Below, piece by piece: positions 27,130-40,349 of a stretch of 64,000 bases of DNA. Numbering within the stretch: the first letter of the stretch is position 1; every line of letters starts with the position of its first letter. Origin of the DNA: Chiloscyllium plagiosum (Eukaryota); NCBI RefSeq assembly GCF_004010195.1, contig NC_057726.1:61669835-61733834 (forward strand), in the 5' to 3' direction. The notes beneath the pieces are model-generated. The model made no database searches. It was not told where the DNA came from and saw only the letters and a program-made list of their open reading frames with translations. The translations under genes and the position numbers were made by a program.

Positions 27130-27372
27130 GTAGCTGATTAATGTTTGGACTTGAATTTTATCGGATGTTTTGATATGTACAATAGTGATGTGCATACCAT
27201 TTGCAAAAAAAAAATCTGCAGACTATGAAACTTCAAATGTAAAGCAATAGTGTAGCTGATTAATGTTTGGACTTGAATTTTATCGGATGTTTTGATATGT
27301 ACAATAGTGATGTGCATACCATTTGCAAAAAAAAATCTGCAGACTATGAAACTTCAAATGTAAAGCAATAGT
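27130..27372. repeat. Tandem duplication of about 122 bp
   Basis: Two copies identical except for one A in a homopolymer. Confidence 0.9.
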
Positions 27373-28195
27373 AAATATGTACAACTTTACCTTGATTTTA
27401 TTGTGAAAATAAAGACAACTAATCAGACATATATAGAATTTGCAAGGGTAAAGTGGTTTTGATAATGGAAGTTGCAGAAAAAGTCTGAGAACATGAGGGA
27501 AATCATAACTAAACAAGAATTCCAAAACTGATTCCAGCACTTAAGACTGGTTTGGAAGTGCATCAAGTATCAGATGTCAGTGCGCTTGGTGTTAATTTTC
27601 TCGGCAAAAGTGATAGATGGAATTGCGCCATGATTAGATGTATGGAATCGCATGTATCACAGGTGATCAGTAAATTGAAGTGATACAGTGCCGATATAAA
27701 ACGAGTATGAAAATCAAAGTTTGTAGCAGTTTGAGATGTCCCTTTCATGTGAGAAAGTGTGTTTCATTTGTATGTTCATAAAGCTATTATGTGCCTCTGT
27801 CTGGTTAAGTCGGTATGATGAATAAAACACACCTCACAATTCAGCAGGAGAACTCAGTCCGACATAGTTCACGGCATGCAGTGTGTGGGAAACCTTGGGT
27901 GCTCCTGCCAAACTGAATGACTGCATCTGCAGGAAGTGCCACTGGTTTATTAGCTTGAGCACGAGGCTTTGGAGCTCGAGCATCAGCTGGAGACACAACA
28001 CCCACCCACAACATTGGGAGTTATACGGGTAGAAATGATCACACCACAGCTTAAAAACATGCAGTTAGGGAGGGAATGGATGATCTTCAGGCAGACGAAG
28101 GGTGGCAGATCAGGAAATCCCCAGCACGTATCTCAGTCAAGAGTGCATTTGCTCTGTTGAAAATGGTGAGAGTACAGTGAGAGCCCAGCTGCAGA

Positions 28196-28196
<1 letters not shown>

Positions 28197-28252
<56 letters not shown>
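28197..28252. repeat. (GA)n microsatellite
   Basis: Seen directly in the sequence. Confidence 0.95.
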
Positions 28253-28254
<2 letters not shown>

Positions 28255-28522
28255 ATGGCAGTAGGAGATTGATTCGTCAGATCTACAGTCAGGCAATTCT
28301 GCTACTATGGACGTGATTCTGAAATGATGTGTTGCCATCCTGGGGGCAGAGCCATGATTGTCACTTGTACTACAATAGCAGTCACATAATTACGGAGCAA
28401 TTTGCTGGTATGTTTAATGGGTGTTTGCACTAATTTGGTCGATAAATGGGATTTGGAGGTAGAGTGAGAGGATGTCCAGGCAAATATAGAACAATAATTA
28501 AATATAATCAAGTAAGGCACAT

Positions 28523-29169
28523 TGTTATGGACGAGGTCAAAGCACTCAAAACATTCTTAAGCAGGCAGCCCTAGACATAACTTTGCAATTTGTTTCGGTA
28601 AATGTAAAGTGAAAATTACCCGGAGTAAATAAGGTAGGTTGACCACTAGATTTTAAAACAGCCAAAAAAATTAATTTCAAAATTGCGCAATGAAACACAA
28701 AGAACAGAATAAAAATCCCCTAAATAACTAACCTATCCAGCTAGACTTAATTATGCTGTTCCGAATACAGACAGCAGTCCCAATAAGCAAACTCCCTTTT
28801 CAAACCCAGTATACATGCTTACAGATTGAAGTTAAAGGGCAGAAAACAGAGAGAGTTTCCACACAGCTCCCTGTGAACTTCCCTACTCAAGACTGACTAA
28901 AACTGCTCAGCTCAGGTCAGCTCAGCTAACTAAAGAGCTGTCAAGTCCTATCTCTTTATACAGGTCACTTATAAAGCATGACTACTTTGGCCTGTAGTCT
29001 CATCTGTTTACATATCAACAAAAGACCTGCTAAAACCCTTTTCATCTCTGTACCAAACCAGACTGATCGGAGTCTGGCCCAGTTTATTGCCCCTCTGAAA
29101 AAAATCTAGGACAGAGTTTCCTTGAGCTAAGGAGCAGCTTTTTGAAGAAAAGGGACGGGCTTTGTGACA
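28523..29169 (-). mobile_element. Solo LTR of the same gypsy family
   Basis: Aligns with 2495-3123 and 7114-7732, has TGTTAT...GTGACA ends and a perfect 4-bp TSD (ACAT). Confidence 0.9.
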
Positions 29170-31766
29170 ACATGGAAGTGTGGGAGGGCGGAATGCCATT
29201 TATTTTAATGCCATGAGTTTTGTGAGTAAGCTTCATTGTAGATTGAAGCACGAGAATATGGCATCATTGCTATATTGAATACATAGTTGAGAGAAAGATG
29301 GGGATGGCTATTCAATATTCTTTAAAGAATCTTTAAACAAGATAGAGGAAAGGGCTGCAAAGGAAGAGGTGGTATTGCAACATTGACCAAACAGTCACTT
29401 ACTGTAATAAGGAGGGTTGATGTCTTAGAACGGTCCTCAAATGTGTCCATGTCGCTAGTACTTAAAAAACCAAACAAACAGATGTTCATACAGGTGGTAC
29501 TTAAAGAAAAAAAGTAGACATCCGTTTGCCTGGGTGTACTATAGATCGTAATCAGTCAGGTAGAAGTAGAATATCAGATATGCAGGCAAATCTCAGAGAA
29601 TTGTCTAAATATTTTGAAAATAACAGGAGGGGATTTCAACTTACCCAACTGGCTTAGATAAAATATAAAAGGCTTAGAGTATGTGGATTTCTTAAAATGT
29701 GTTCATGAGTGCTTTTCTAGCCAACATGTAGAGAATTGGGATGGGGCAGCTGCTGGTGGCTTTTGGGAACAAAGCTAGGCAGTGGGGCAGCATTTTAGTA
29801 ATTGCGATCATAATTCAGTAAGATTGAAATAAATTATCGATAAGGATGGGGATGGACTGGAAATAAATGTCCTGAATTGGGAAAAGGATAATTTTAATTA
29901 CAAAGATATTCTTGAACAAATTAACCTTGAGAGGGAGAAGCCTTGAAAGCAGATAACCCCACAGGCTCAGATGCATCTAAAGATATTGTGGGCGACAAGG
30001 CGAGACATTTCAGTGGCTCCGACATTAATATTCAAACAACAAGGAGAACTAAGAACATTTACAGCCCAGGAACAGGTCCTTTGGCCCTCCAAACCTGAGT
30101 CGGTCCAAATGTACTGTCTAAACATGTCGGTCAATTCCTAAGCATCTGTATCCCTCTGCACCCCACTTACTCATGCATTTATCCACACACATCTGAAATG
30201 AATCTACCGTGCCTGTCTCTACCATCTCTGATGGCAACGCGTTCCAAACGCCCACCACCCTCTGTGTGAAGTACTTGCCGTGCGTATCTCACTTAAACTT
30301 TCCACCTCTCACTTTGAAAGCGTGACCTCTTATTGTTGAATCCTTCACCCTGGGAAAAAGCTTGTCTCTATCCACCCTGTCTATACCCTTCATGAAATCC
30401 TCTCTGCCAGCGCAAGCGTGTCAGTAGACAGCAGATAGCGTTATTCAAGAAGACCAATGGAATAAATCAGGAAACTTCAGACCAGACTAACGTGCGTTCA
30501 GTAAAGTATTGGGAAAACTTCTAAATGACAGAATTAAACTCAAATTACAGAGGCGAGAAGTATATAAGGATAGCCAGCATGGCTTTGCTTGGAGGAGGCC
30601 ACGTCTGGCAAATTTGATTCAGTTTTTCGAGGATGAGTCAGGTGTGCAAATGAGGATAAAGCAGATGCTGTGGTTTACATGCAGTTCAGCAAGGTGTTTG
30701 ACAGATCATACATGGAAGACTAGTTGAGAAACTAAGAGTCCATGGTTTTGCAGAGCAGTTAACATGTGATAAGGATAATAACATAAAGCATGAATGATAA
30801 TTAGAACAGATGTTTATTGAGGTTGATGAAAGAAATAGATAGAAAAATACCAGAAAGATTGGAGAATGAATCAGTGGATTTTTTGGCGAATCTTCTGAAT
30901 TTCAACTTTAAAAGTGGCAACGTTTACAAGATTTTGGAAGAAAAGGAATAACCTTAAGTGGATAACAATGTTTGATTATACTTGATAACGTAATGCCTGC
31001 ATTGATGACCGCACGAGTTTTAGCTTCTCTTAGTTATGATAAGCCAATCAAACTGGTTGTTCATACTGTCGATTCCATTTTATTTTCCTTTCACTTTATA
31101 TATGGGCCGATGGTAGATGGTAGGAAAGAGACTGAACCTAGTTTTGGCTCTATTACATTTGGAAATGTTTATTTCCAACTACACTGATTATTATTGGCAT
31201 GAGTTGTAAGTACTTGGCTTTTTATAATTGAATTTTATAATACAGAAATCGATGGTCTCTTAGCAGTTTGAGTTCTAAGGAAGAGTAATTCTCCTAGCAG
31301 AAAAGCAGTAATTTGTTTTGATGTTTTTCAGTCCAAACTGTCAGACCTGCAAATAAGTCTAAAAATGCTTTAAGTAAGCAGGACTTTTCTTAAAGTTCAG
31401 TCAGAAAACGTCAATAAAGCAACCAGCTTCTGTATATCTCATGCAGTGAATTAATGAGGAGAACCACAAAGAGAAATGCACTGGATTTCATCAGTTCGGT
31501 AAGAAACTTAGATACTAAGATTAGAATGATAGTTTTGGGTTTGCGTTTTTCTATATTAAGCGTGTGCTTTTTTTGTTAAAGGATTATTGGACATCTCATA
31601 TGTTCAGTGGTGAACACAATTATGAAACCTGAAATATAAAACTGAGGATCTATCAAGCCAAGTTTGATACTGAGATCTGAATTTTACAGTGTTACTGTCA
31701 GCTGTTATCATAACAGTAACCCAAACAAGTGCCCCAAGCCTAATGCTAGGCGTGAACCTAAACATG

Positions 31767-31853
31767 GGGAGAAAATGAGGTCTGCAGATGCTGGAGATCA
31801 GAGCTGAAAATGTATTGCTGGAAAAGCGCTTTTCCAGCAACACATTTTCAGCA
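31767..31853. mobile_element. Short hairpin insertion with a 15-bp TSD
   Basis: GTGAACCTAAACATG is duplicated on both sides; internal palindrome gctggaaaagcgcttttccagc. Confidence 0.8.
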
Positions 31854-33044
31854 GTGAACCTAAACATGCTTATTTTAATTATGTTAACTTAATCCTTATT
31901 ATAAGGCATCGTGCTAACCCTGTCTTTAAAACTAAAGCACGTGGTGTCATTGATGGCATACACAACAGGGTAAGTGTTAGGGGTCTTGGTATCCTCAAGG
32001 CATAAGTTGGACGGGGTCAATATTCATTCACAGAGGGCCAACCTCCTCTTTCAACTATTTTTCATCATTATATTGATAAAGGTTTGTGCAATCATAGCAT
32101 GATAGGATGTGGCATATGATTACTTTCCAACATAATATTTGGCAAATGCATTGTCACTGAAAGCAACGAATGATCATGAATCTGTATTTGCAAGAGCTTC
32201 TTACCATTGTGGTCTCTCCCATGCTACATGTGGGTAGACTAAATAGTTGAGATTACTTTTCATGTTGTCTTGACAACACCATTATGATGCAACCTTAAGG
32301 GCATTGCGAGGTGGACGAGGTGGACTTTAAGTTTTTTTTGCCAAGAAACCACCAAAGCTGCAGACAGAATGGAAGAATTTCACGTAGTAGTCAAACAGTG
32401 TGTAATTGGTTTCCCATATGTAGAAAATGCCACATTGTGTGCAGCAATTCAGAATAGCAATTGATAGAAATACAGATAAATCGCTATTTCACTAGCAGTC
32501 AGTCATACGTTTGCATCTCATACTAATGAAGAATATCAACACGTCTTTTGAATGGTTACAGATAGAAATGAAAAAAATACCATTTGATCTGGACATGAGC
32601 TATTGAGTTGAACTGACTTATGAAAATCATGGATCCCCAAGATAATAACCACAAAGACTTCTCGTTTTTATTTTATCCATTCTATTAGTGTAGGATATGG
32701 TTCACTAGATTTTGCAGAATGCTGGAAAAGAGTTGAATTCCTTCTTAACAAGAGATATGAGAAAGAATTATTTTTGCTTTATGAATGGGGTATAGGTAGT
32801 TTTATACCTATAGAACTCAGTATTCGTTATCCATCACAAGTCACCATTGCAGATTGTAATGGGCTGACTCTTGAATGTTTCAGTAACTCCCCCGTCCTCG
32901 TTCAGAGGAAGTTCAAGGATTTTGATCCAGGAACAAGTGAAAGATCTGTAATGCAGGATGGCGTGCAGCTGGTTTGAGTGGACATGAAGATGGTCTGAGA
33001 GTTACAGATCAGTAGGACACAATGAAACAGCGATAAGTATGAAT

Positions 33045-33050
33045 TTTATT
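33045..33050 (-). terminator. Probable polyadenylation signal of gene A
   Basis: AATAAA on the minus strand about 70 nt after the inferred ancestral stop at 33118. Confidence 0.5.
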
Positions 33051-33214
33051 GTATGTGATTGGATATCCTTGACTTCCATCCATAAATAATTCACAACTTC
33101 AGCATCCTTTTCTGGGTTCAGCTTCTCTCTTTCCTTGACAGCTTTAAATCTGTATATATCGCGGATTCTTCTTGGTATATAAGTTTTGATTTTTTATTTT
33201 GGAACTGGTAAACT

Positions 33215-33259
33215 TCAAGTTGCGTAAGCCAGCTTGTCATCTCCACTGCTTTGATAAGT
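33215..33259 (-). CDS. Gene A exon 6: terminal cytoplasmic exon TYQSSGDDKLAYAT* (truncated ITIM)
   Basis: Acceptor ttacttccatag|. The exon and its upstream intron align with the paralogous exon at 7852-7970. An out-of-frame continuation encodes SAIYTDLKLSRKERS* (stop 33118-33120). Confidence 0.72.
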   Translation of the reverse strand, partial: TYQSSGDDKLAYAT

Positions 33260-33529
33260 CTATGGAAGTAATGTTTAATTTCACCTGTTAGTCCATTGTC
33301 ACTTCCTGCTTAAGATAATCGAGGTTGGAAATAGAAGTTGTTATGAAATTTCTGCTCATTAGTTCTCAATTTGACAATATTTCCTAAAGTAATAATCTCT
33401 CCCAACTAGAAAGACTAGAGCAATGGATGGCTTGTGATGTCACCATTTCTGTACTAATATGAAATTGTACCACTCTCCTTTCATTGTTGCTGGTCAAAGT
33501 AATCAAGCCCCTTTCTCAATGGTATTATC

Positions 33530-33846
33530 TTAGAATCCCTATTGTGTAGGAACAAGGCCACACCAATTCTCCAAAGAGCATCCCATCCAGACTCACCCCA
33601 CTACCCCATCCCCATAACCCTGCATTGCCCATGGGTAATCCAGCTAATTTACGAATCCCTGGACACTATGGGCAACTTAGCATGGCCAATCCACCTAAAT
33701 TACAAATGTGAGAGGAAACGGGAGCACCATACAGACATGGGGAAATGAGCATGTTCCACGCTCTCAGTTGCCCAAGGCTTGGTTTGAACCCGGATCCCTG
33801 ACACAGTCAGGCAGCACTGCTAACTCATGAGCCACTGTGCCGCCCC
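33530..33846 (-). mobile_element. tRNA-derived SINE, older copy
   Basis: GGGCGGCACAGTGGCTCA head, GGTTCAAACC B box and a body shared with the 5310-5627 copy. Confidence 0.75.
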
Positions 33847-34519
33847 ACATGCACCAAGTCCACATGTACTGCAGTTGTTCAATAAGGCAACTCACCATCG
33901 CCTTCTGAAGATCAATCAGGATGAGCAAGAAGTGTTGGCCTTGTCAGTGATACCCACATGCCATGGGAAATAACTTTAAATTGGCACAATTTACAGATAC
34001 TAAAGGCAACATATATTCGATCAAATCTAAAGGCATTTCTTGAGGTAACTCACATTCAGTCCCAATTCCTAATTTAAACACTGTTGTCCTGCAGATTTAT
34101 TTTCAAGTGCCCATCCAATTTCGTTTTAAAATCATTGATGGTGTCTGCTTTCACTGCCCTAATGAGTTATATGTTCCAGGCCAATATCACTCACGTTAAA
34201 CAGTGCTTCCTTGCATTTCCTTTGTATTTCTGAGACCAAACCTTAAATCTGTGTTCCCTAGACTTTGCGTTTATTAATGGGAAACATTTCTCCTTGTCTA
34301 TCCTCTTTAAACCCACCATAATGTTGTATGCCTGTATTATGTCATACCCTCAATATGCTTTTGTCAAGGTCAACGCTCCCAGCATTCCAAGTATCATAGA
34401 TTTACCATTTCCAAGCTGAAGAACAATCCTCTTATATTTCACGTGAAGTCACTCAAGAGCCCACTTTTCCTAAATTTTGACGACCACAACTGCGTTTAGT
34501 ATTCAATTTGCTATCTAAG

Positions 34520-34727
34520 TCTAGATTAGAGTGGTGCTGGAAATGCACAGCAGTTCAGTCAGCATCCAAGGAGCAGTAAAATCGACGTTTCGGGCAAAAG
34601 CCCGAAATTGTGCCCAAAAAAATTGATTTTACTGCTCCTCGGATGCTGCCTGAACTGCTGTGCTTTTCCAGCACCACTCTAATCGAGACTCTGGTTTCCA
34701 GTGTCTGCAATAATTGTTTTTACCAAG
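34520..34727. mobile_element. Penelope-derived hairpin element (second family)
   Basis: Inverted arms gattagagtggtgctggaaa and tttccagcaccactctaatc, flanked by TATCTAAG repeats. Confidence 0.75.
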
Positions 34728-37700
34728 TTGTTATCTAAGCAAATCTATAAAGCTTCAACATTACTTCCTTACTTTAGTACACAGTGCCACCATTTATGAA
34801 TTTCGAGAAAACATATGGTGTGACAACTATACTTTTATTTTTTTGCCACATTAAATATTGATGAAGGAGCACCTTCAGCTCTCCTCCGTCTTGTACTCTC
34901 TTCAGAAAGTTATCAATCAGACTATGCTGTTTCTCCTTACCCATACTAGAAAATTCATTATCTTCACTTTGCTAAATTACACATGACTAACTAGTCCATA
35001 TCCTGTTACAATCCATTTTTCTATCATCGTGTGTTTGCTGCTGCTACTTTGGCTTCATCAGCAAATTTTGAAATTTGATTCTGTGATCCAATATTTACGT
35101 CTTTAAATAAAACAACAAAAATATGTTATTGACTGATTTATTTCACTGGTTTGGTTCCTGTCAGTGTTTCGATCTTCTACCTCTTTATATTGTGTTGTTG
35201 TTCTGGTTAAATCTTGATGTTAAAGGTATTTGTTTGTTATTGTAACCGATTAAAAGAAGCAGGCTAATGCTTAAATGAAAATAGCAAGCAGAAAAATGTC
35301 ATATAGCCGTTTAATTTCTTTACTTACCTGCAGCTAGTCTGTTCTGCTTACAGAATCGGTCATTCTCGGTAGAATATGTCTTTGTTGAGATTTTAAATGT
35401 GTTGCACTGCTTTTCATAATCTTTCCTTTTGAGATAACTTCCCAGTTCAACTTATCCAACCCTGTCTTTGCAATTTTGCAAGTGTCTTTTGGTTAAGTTT
35501 CAGACACAGATTTTAGATAGAAGATTCTCATTTTCAAACCAAATGTGAAAATTCTTTATGGTATGATCACTTTCTGTGGTGGTTCGTTTATTGCAACATC
35601 ATCAAACAACTTTTCTCATTCAATATTACGTGTACTAATTTAATCTGTTCCACAAAGTATTGTTCTTAGAAACTGTCATGAATACATCCCATGAACTGCT
35701 TCTGAAATCAAATAACCCCTCGTACTTTGCAATTTCAGACAAGAAAAATTAATTTACTCAGCCTCTCAATGGACACCCACTTCATCTCAGGGACAATTTA
35801 AGGTAGGCTTACCATGCAGTCTCCAATATGAATACACCTTACATTAAACCAAAAGCAAATAAATGTAGAGTCTGGAAACCTGAAACAAAAACAGAAATTG
35901 CTGCAGAAACTCAGCAGATCTGGCAGCATCTGTGGAGAGAAAGCGCAGTTAGCATTTGAGTCCAGTGACCCTTTTTCAGAAATGCTTCACCAGAAATTTC
36001 TGTTTTTCTTTCGTCCTTCTTTAAACTTTTAAAGCAAAGTGCACACAATTTCCAGGAGTTATGTCACCAAAACCTGGCTCAATTGGAGCAAGATTTCTTT
36101 ATTCCTTTTGCTACAAGCCTCTCAGAATAAAAATCACTGTGTCATTAATCTTCCTAATGAGTTACTCTACCTGCATACTGACTTTCTGTGTTGCTTGTGT
36201 AACTATACCCACACGGCTCTGAACATCAGATTTACACCTGCTAAATTAAGGTATCCATTTCAATTAACAGTAAAATCACCAACAACTATTGCAGCACTTT
36301 TTGTCCCATCCATGGTATTTCTTGACTTCTATGAAATTAGCTGCTGATCGGTGGACTATAAACTATGTCCACTTGTAATTTCTTCTCCTTGTTATTTCTT
36401 ATCTCATTCTCACAATTATTGCATATTTATATTCTCATCAAAAGTAATGTCGCATGATTGCAGTGATCAGTAATCTTTTAACAGAACCAATACATCTCCT
36501 GTCGCTTTGATTCTAATCCTATTGTAATGTCGCACACTCTTTAACATTCGATATCCAGTCTTGGTTACCTTGTAAATATGTCTCTGCATTGACTATCAAA
36601 TTATAGCCGTTTTCTTGCATTCATGTGATCAATTCATCAAGCCCGTTACAAACTCTGTCTACATTCAACTGAGGAGCCTTCAATCTGACTGTATGTTTTC
36701 ATCTCACTTTGCATAATCAGAAAATTGAAATATACACGTTCTGTCTTGAATTATTTGCATAGGTTTGAAATACGTCACGTTCTTGCATGCAGTAATATCA
36801 GTCTTCCAACCTTAAAAGATTTGGTTTGAGCACACTGTTTGCTTCGTATCTGTCAAACAATTCTCTATCAATGCTAATGTAATATTCTGAACGCAAGTTC
36901 TTGGCTGTCACGTGACCTTTTGGAATTCCATTTGGAAATGCCGACACACGATAATTTGTGATTTCCCTGTCTTCTTCTTTGCAACAGGAAACCTCCAGAC
37001 GCTTTAAAATATTTGTCAGACATGGTATTTCTTATGTCAAACTGTGCTGACTTATTCTAATCATACAACAAATTTCTAACTGATTTGTTTATACTTTAAT
37101 AATATATTCTGGAATTTTGATAAGAAACGAGGCTGATCTAAATGCCCTGCAATACCCTGTTTCCATTTTATTTTTCCTTGAATGTGAGATTGCACTCTTC
37201 ATTTCCCAATCTGATGTGAATGGTTTTGGAAATAAGGAATTTTGTTTGAAAATAGCTAGGATAGATTTCTTCATTGCTTGTGAAAATTTCTGCATCAGCA
37301 TTACCAATATTTACTTTAGCAAGTTCTTTTCTTTTTGTATACTTAATAACGCTCTTACGACCTATTTTTATATTTTTAGCTATTTTACTTTTATTTGTTT
37401 CCATTTTATCAACTTTTCGATGCTTCCCTCTTACTTATTGAGTCACCCCCACTTCTCAGTCGAGTTTCCATTCTTCGCAAAATACAAACCTCTTCAAAAA
37501 TTTTAAACCATATTTGTCTACCTGAGTGAGCCGTGGATAATATTTCTTGCTGAGTTTTTATTATTCCATTAACTGAATTTTATTTTTTTTAATTGTGATT
37601 TTGAATTATACCTACTATGCATAATATCAGCTTAATATTATTTAAATTATATAATCATCTATTTCCACCTCATTGTAACGTATTGATTTGGATGAAGTTT

Positions 37701-39774
37701 GTAATTCTTGTCCGTGGCTACAATTATGAATCCTACCATGGAATTCAATGGAATTTATTGACACTATTTCCCAGCAGACATTACAATGTTAGTGCTACTT
37801 AATGATTCCTCGTGAGACAACATTAAATCTATAATAACTTCATTCAGAGGCAGTTGTGTAAGTATTTCTGCCTGAAACTATCACAAAAATAAATTCTAGA
37901 AACTACTGTTCCAGATCATTCTGAGCAATTCAATTGACGCTGCTTATGTAAAGATTAAATTCACCCATGATAAATGCATTTCCTTTATGACAAGCTCAAA
38001 AGTGTTAGCTCAATGCTTGGTCCACAGTACACTTTCTCTTATGGGCCCGACAAACTGCTCCTGCTATCAATCGCTGACTCCTGATATTTCCATTTACCGT
38101 GGACAGTGAGTCTGTTTCGTGATTTTCTTACTTATTTTGTTACATTATCCTTTATGATTAGAGACACCCTCCTCTTTTACGACTCCGAACTCCTTTTAAA
38201 ATGTGTGTACCCTGGCATGTTTATTTCTCAATCTTCCTCACTTTGTAGTAATGTCTCAGTTGTAGTGCTCAAATCAATTCCATTTACAATACCTATATTT
38301 GTGTAAATAACATGCATATTTTCTTGAAGATGCATCATGCATTTAGAAGAAAAGAATCTTTAATTTCACTGTTTTACTTCTCATTCTTACATTGACTTTA
38401 TTCACAGATGAAGCACTAATTCTAAACCCATAGTCCCATAGAGCTTTTTTTTCTGCCTACACCACTGTATTGTTCTAATGTCTCAATATCTTATTCTATC
38501 TCTCTGGATTGCTAAAATCTTGCTTCACCGTATTCCTGTCACGTGTATACCTGATTATAGCTATCGTTACACCTTTATCCGGGGCACTAGTCCCACTAGT
38601 GTAAGTAGTGCCCACGGAAATTAAATTGTTTTGTGTTTGCCAAATAATCAACACCCTCCCTTGTTGCAACAGTATCATTTGAGCCATGTGTTGAAGTCTC
38701 TCGTCTGCTGTATCCTATGCCAACAGGCGTCTGGCTTAGGTGACAATTTCAGAGATTATAACTTGATACCTGTTCCATTTTTAATTGAGGCATTTACTTC
38801 TAAAACTCTTACAGCATAACATCATTCCTTGTTACACATGTGTCATTGGTTCCCATGGCAACTAGATTCTCCCCTCTCACTCCAGGTTCCTTCTCAGTCA
38901 TGAGGTGATGTCCTCAACCTTAGAACCAGGCAGATAGCATAGCATTTGGAACTCGAAGGGTCAACTGTTAATGGGGATAATTATTTCCCAGTTTGTTCTG
39001 TACAAGTATTTCAATTTAGCAACTTGGCACTTGCAAATATCTTATTTTTCAATGAATTTTAATTATGATGGTTCAGAATCAGAAGTTTCTCCTGTTTAGT
39101 TTATCTGACCGAAGGCGGGTCCAAGTTAATTACCAAAGCACAGCAAAATGCTGTGATTATTTATGAATCTATGGGCAAGGCAAAGAAGTTAATGTTGAGT
39201 TTACCCTATTCTAAATCCGTACACATGAAAAATGTAACAGCCAGAAAGAGTGCAGTGGTCATTTAGAATGGTGTCTGGGATGAAGACCTTCAGTCACTCT
39301 GGGTAGATTAGACAACTTTTGATTGTTTTCCACAGGGCAGTCACAGACAAGGGAAGATTTCTTAAAGTTGCTCACAATTATGAGACGTTTCAATAAAGTA
39401 AGTCAAATATGTTTCCAGTTGTGGGTCTGTCAGTACCCAGACGATACATTTATGATTGCTAATAGCATAAGCCTGGGAAGATGACGATTTATAGAGACTT
39501 CTACTCTAGTCTGAAATGCACTTCCTGAATATCTGATAGAAGCAGAGTCAATGGAAGATTTAAAAATGAAGTAGAGATTTCCTCATAAATACAGAAACAC
39601 AAGTTCAAGGACAAAATGTGAGGAACTGGGCTGATTGAATATTTGTTTTTAACGACTTAAAGAGCCGTAATAGCCCCCTTCAGTCTGTAAATGAATCAAC
39701 CTTCCCAGATTATTGCAATACATCTTGTTATTCCTTCTTAACTGGTTTTCTCTGAAGAAAGATTGTCACCCTAC

Positions 39775-39818
39775 CGGCTGTTGAGCTTCATCCTCTACCA
39801 CAGCATGTCTCCTAACAC
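39775..39818 (-). CDS. Gene A exon 5: short cytoplasmic exon GVRRHAVVEDEAQQP
   Basis: Strong polypyrimidine acceptor tcttttctttcctttag| and donor CCG|GTAGGG. Its 44 bp (phase 1 to 0) bridge the TM exon and the phase-0 last exon. Confidence 0.65.
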
Positions 39819-40349
39819 CTAAAGGAAAGAAAAGATCCCTAAGTTTAATTCAAATTACGAAAAAAAACCACAAATGTAACCACAAATATATACATATGTT
39901 GCCACTTATTCAGATGAGATTCACTCGATTGACACCTGGATTGAGTGGGTTGTCTTATGTGGATCAGTTGGATGGACAAGGCTTCTTTCCATTGGGGTTT
40001 GGAAGAAAGAGGCGTAACTTTATTGCATGTATCAAAGCGTGAAACATTTTGACAAGGTGAATGTAGGGAGCATGTTATCATATGAGTGAATCCTGAACCA
40101 TGGTATACAGTTTACGAATTAAAGGTTGTCCTTTGTGGACAGAAATATGGAGTCTTTTCTGTTGTCTTAGAAGATTGTACCAGTTTGGAACTCTCTGCTC
40201 CTGAATATGGTGGTGGTCACATGACTGAATATTTAAAGGCAAATTTACTGAGATTCTTGTTTGACAAGAGGAATGAAATTTTACTTGTGGATAGTTGGGA
40301 ATGTGGAATTACAAGCACTAACTGCTTTACCATAACTTTATTGAATGAT

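Larger units (their letters stand above)
27845..30730 (+). mobile_element. Old CR1 (ORF1 to RT remnants) with a nested solo LTR and a minus-strand CR1 3' end (about 30040-30395)
   Basis: Cys-rich ORF1 start, GDFNLP-like endonuclease and DSQHGF RT remnants. Confidence 0.65.

Noticed and set aside
32205-32357. Minus-strand block with a good acceptor and donor
   Set aside because: Stops in the frames examined and no similarity to the receptor exons.
35321-35400. Strong minus-strand donor CAG|GTAAGT as a candidate gene A exon
   Set aside because: It lies in an old CR1 ORF2 remnant (the PWLTKEVK-equivalent region) and has no matching acceptor.
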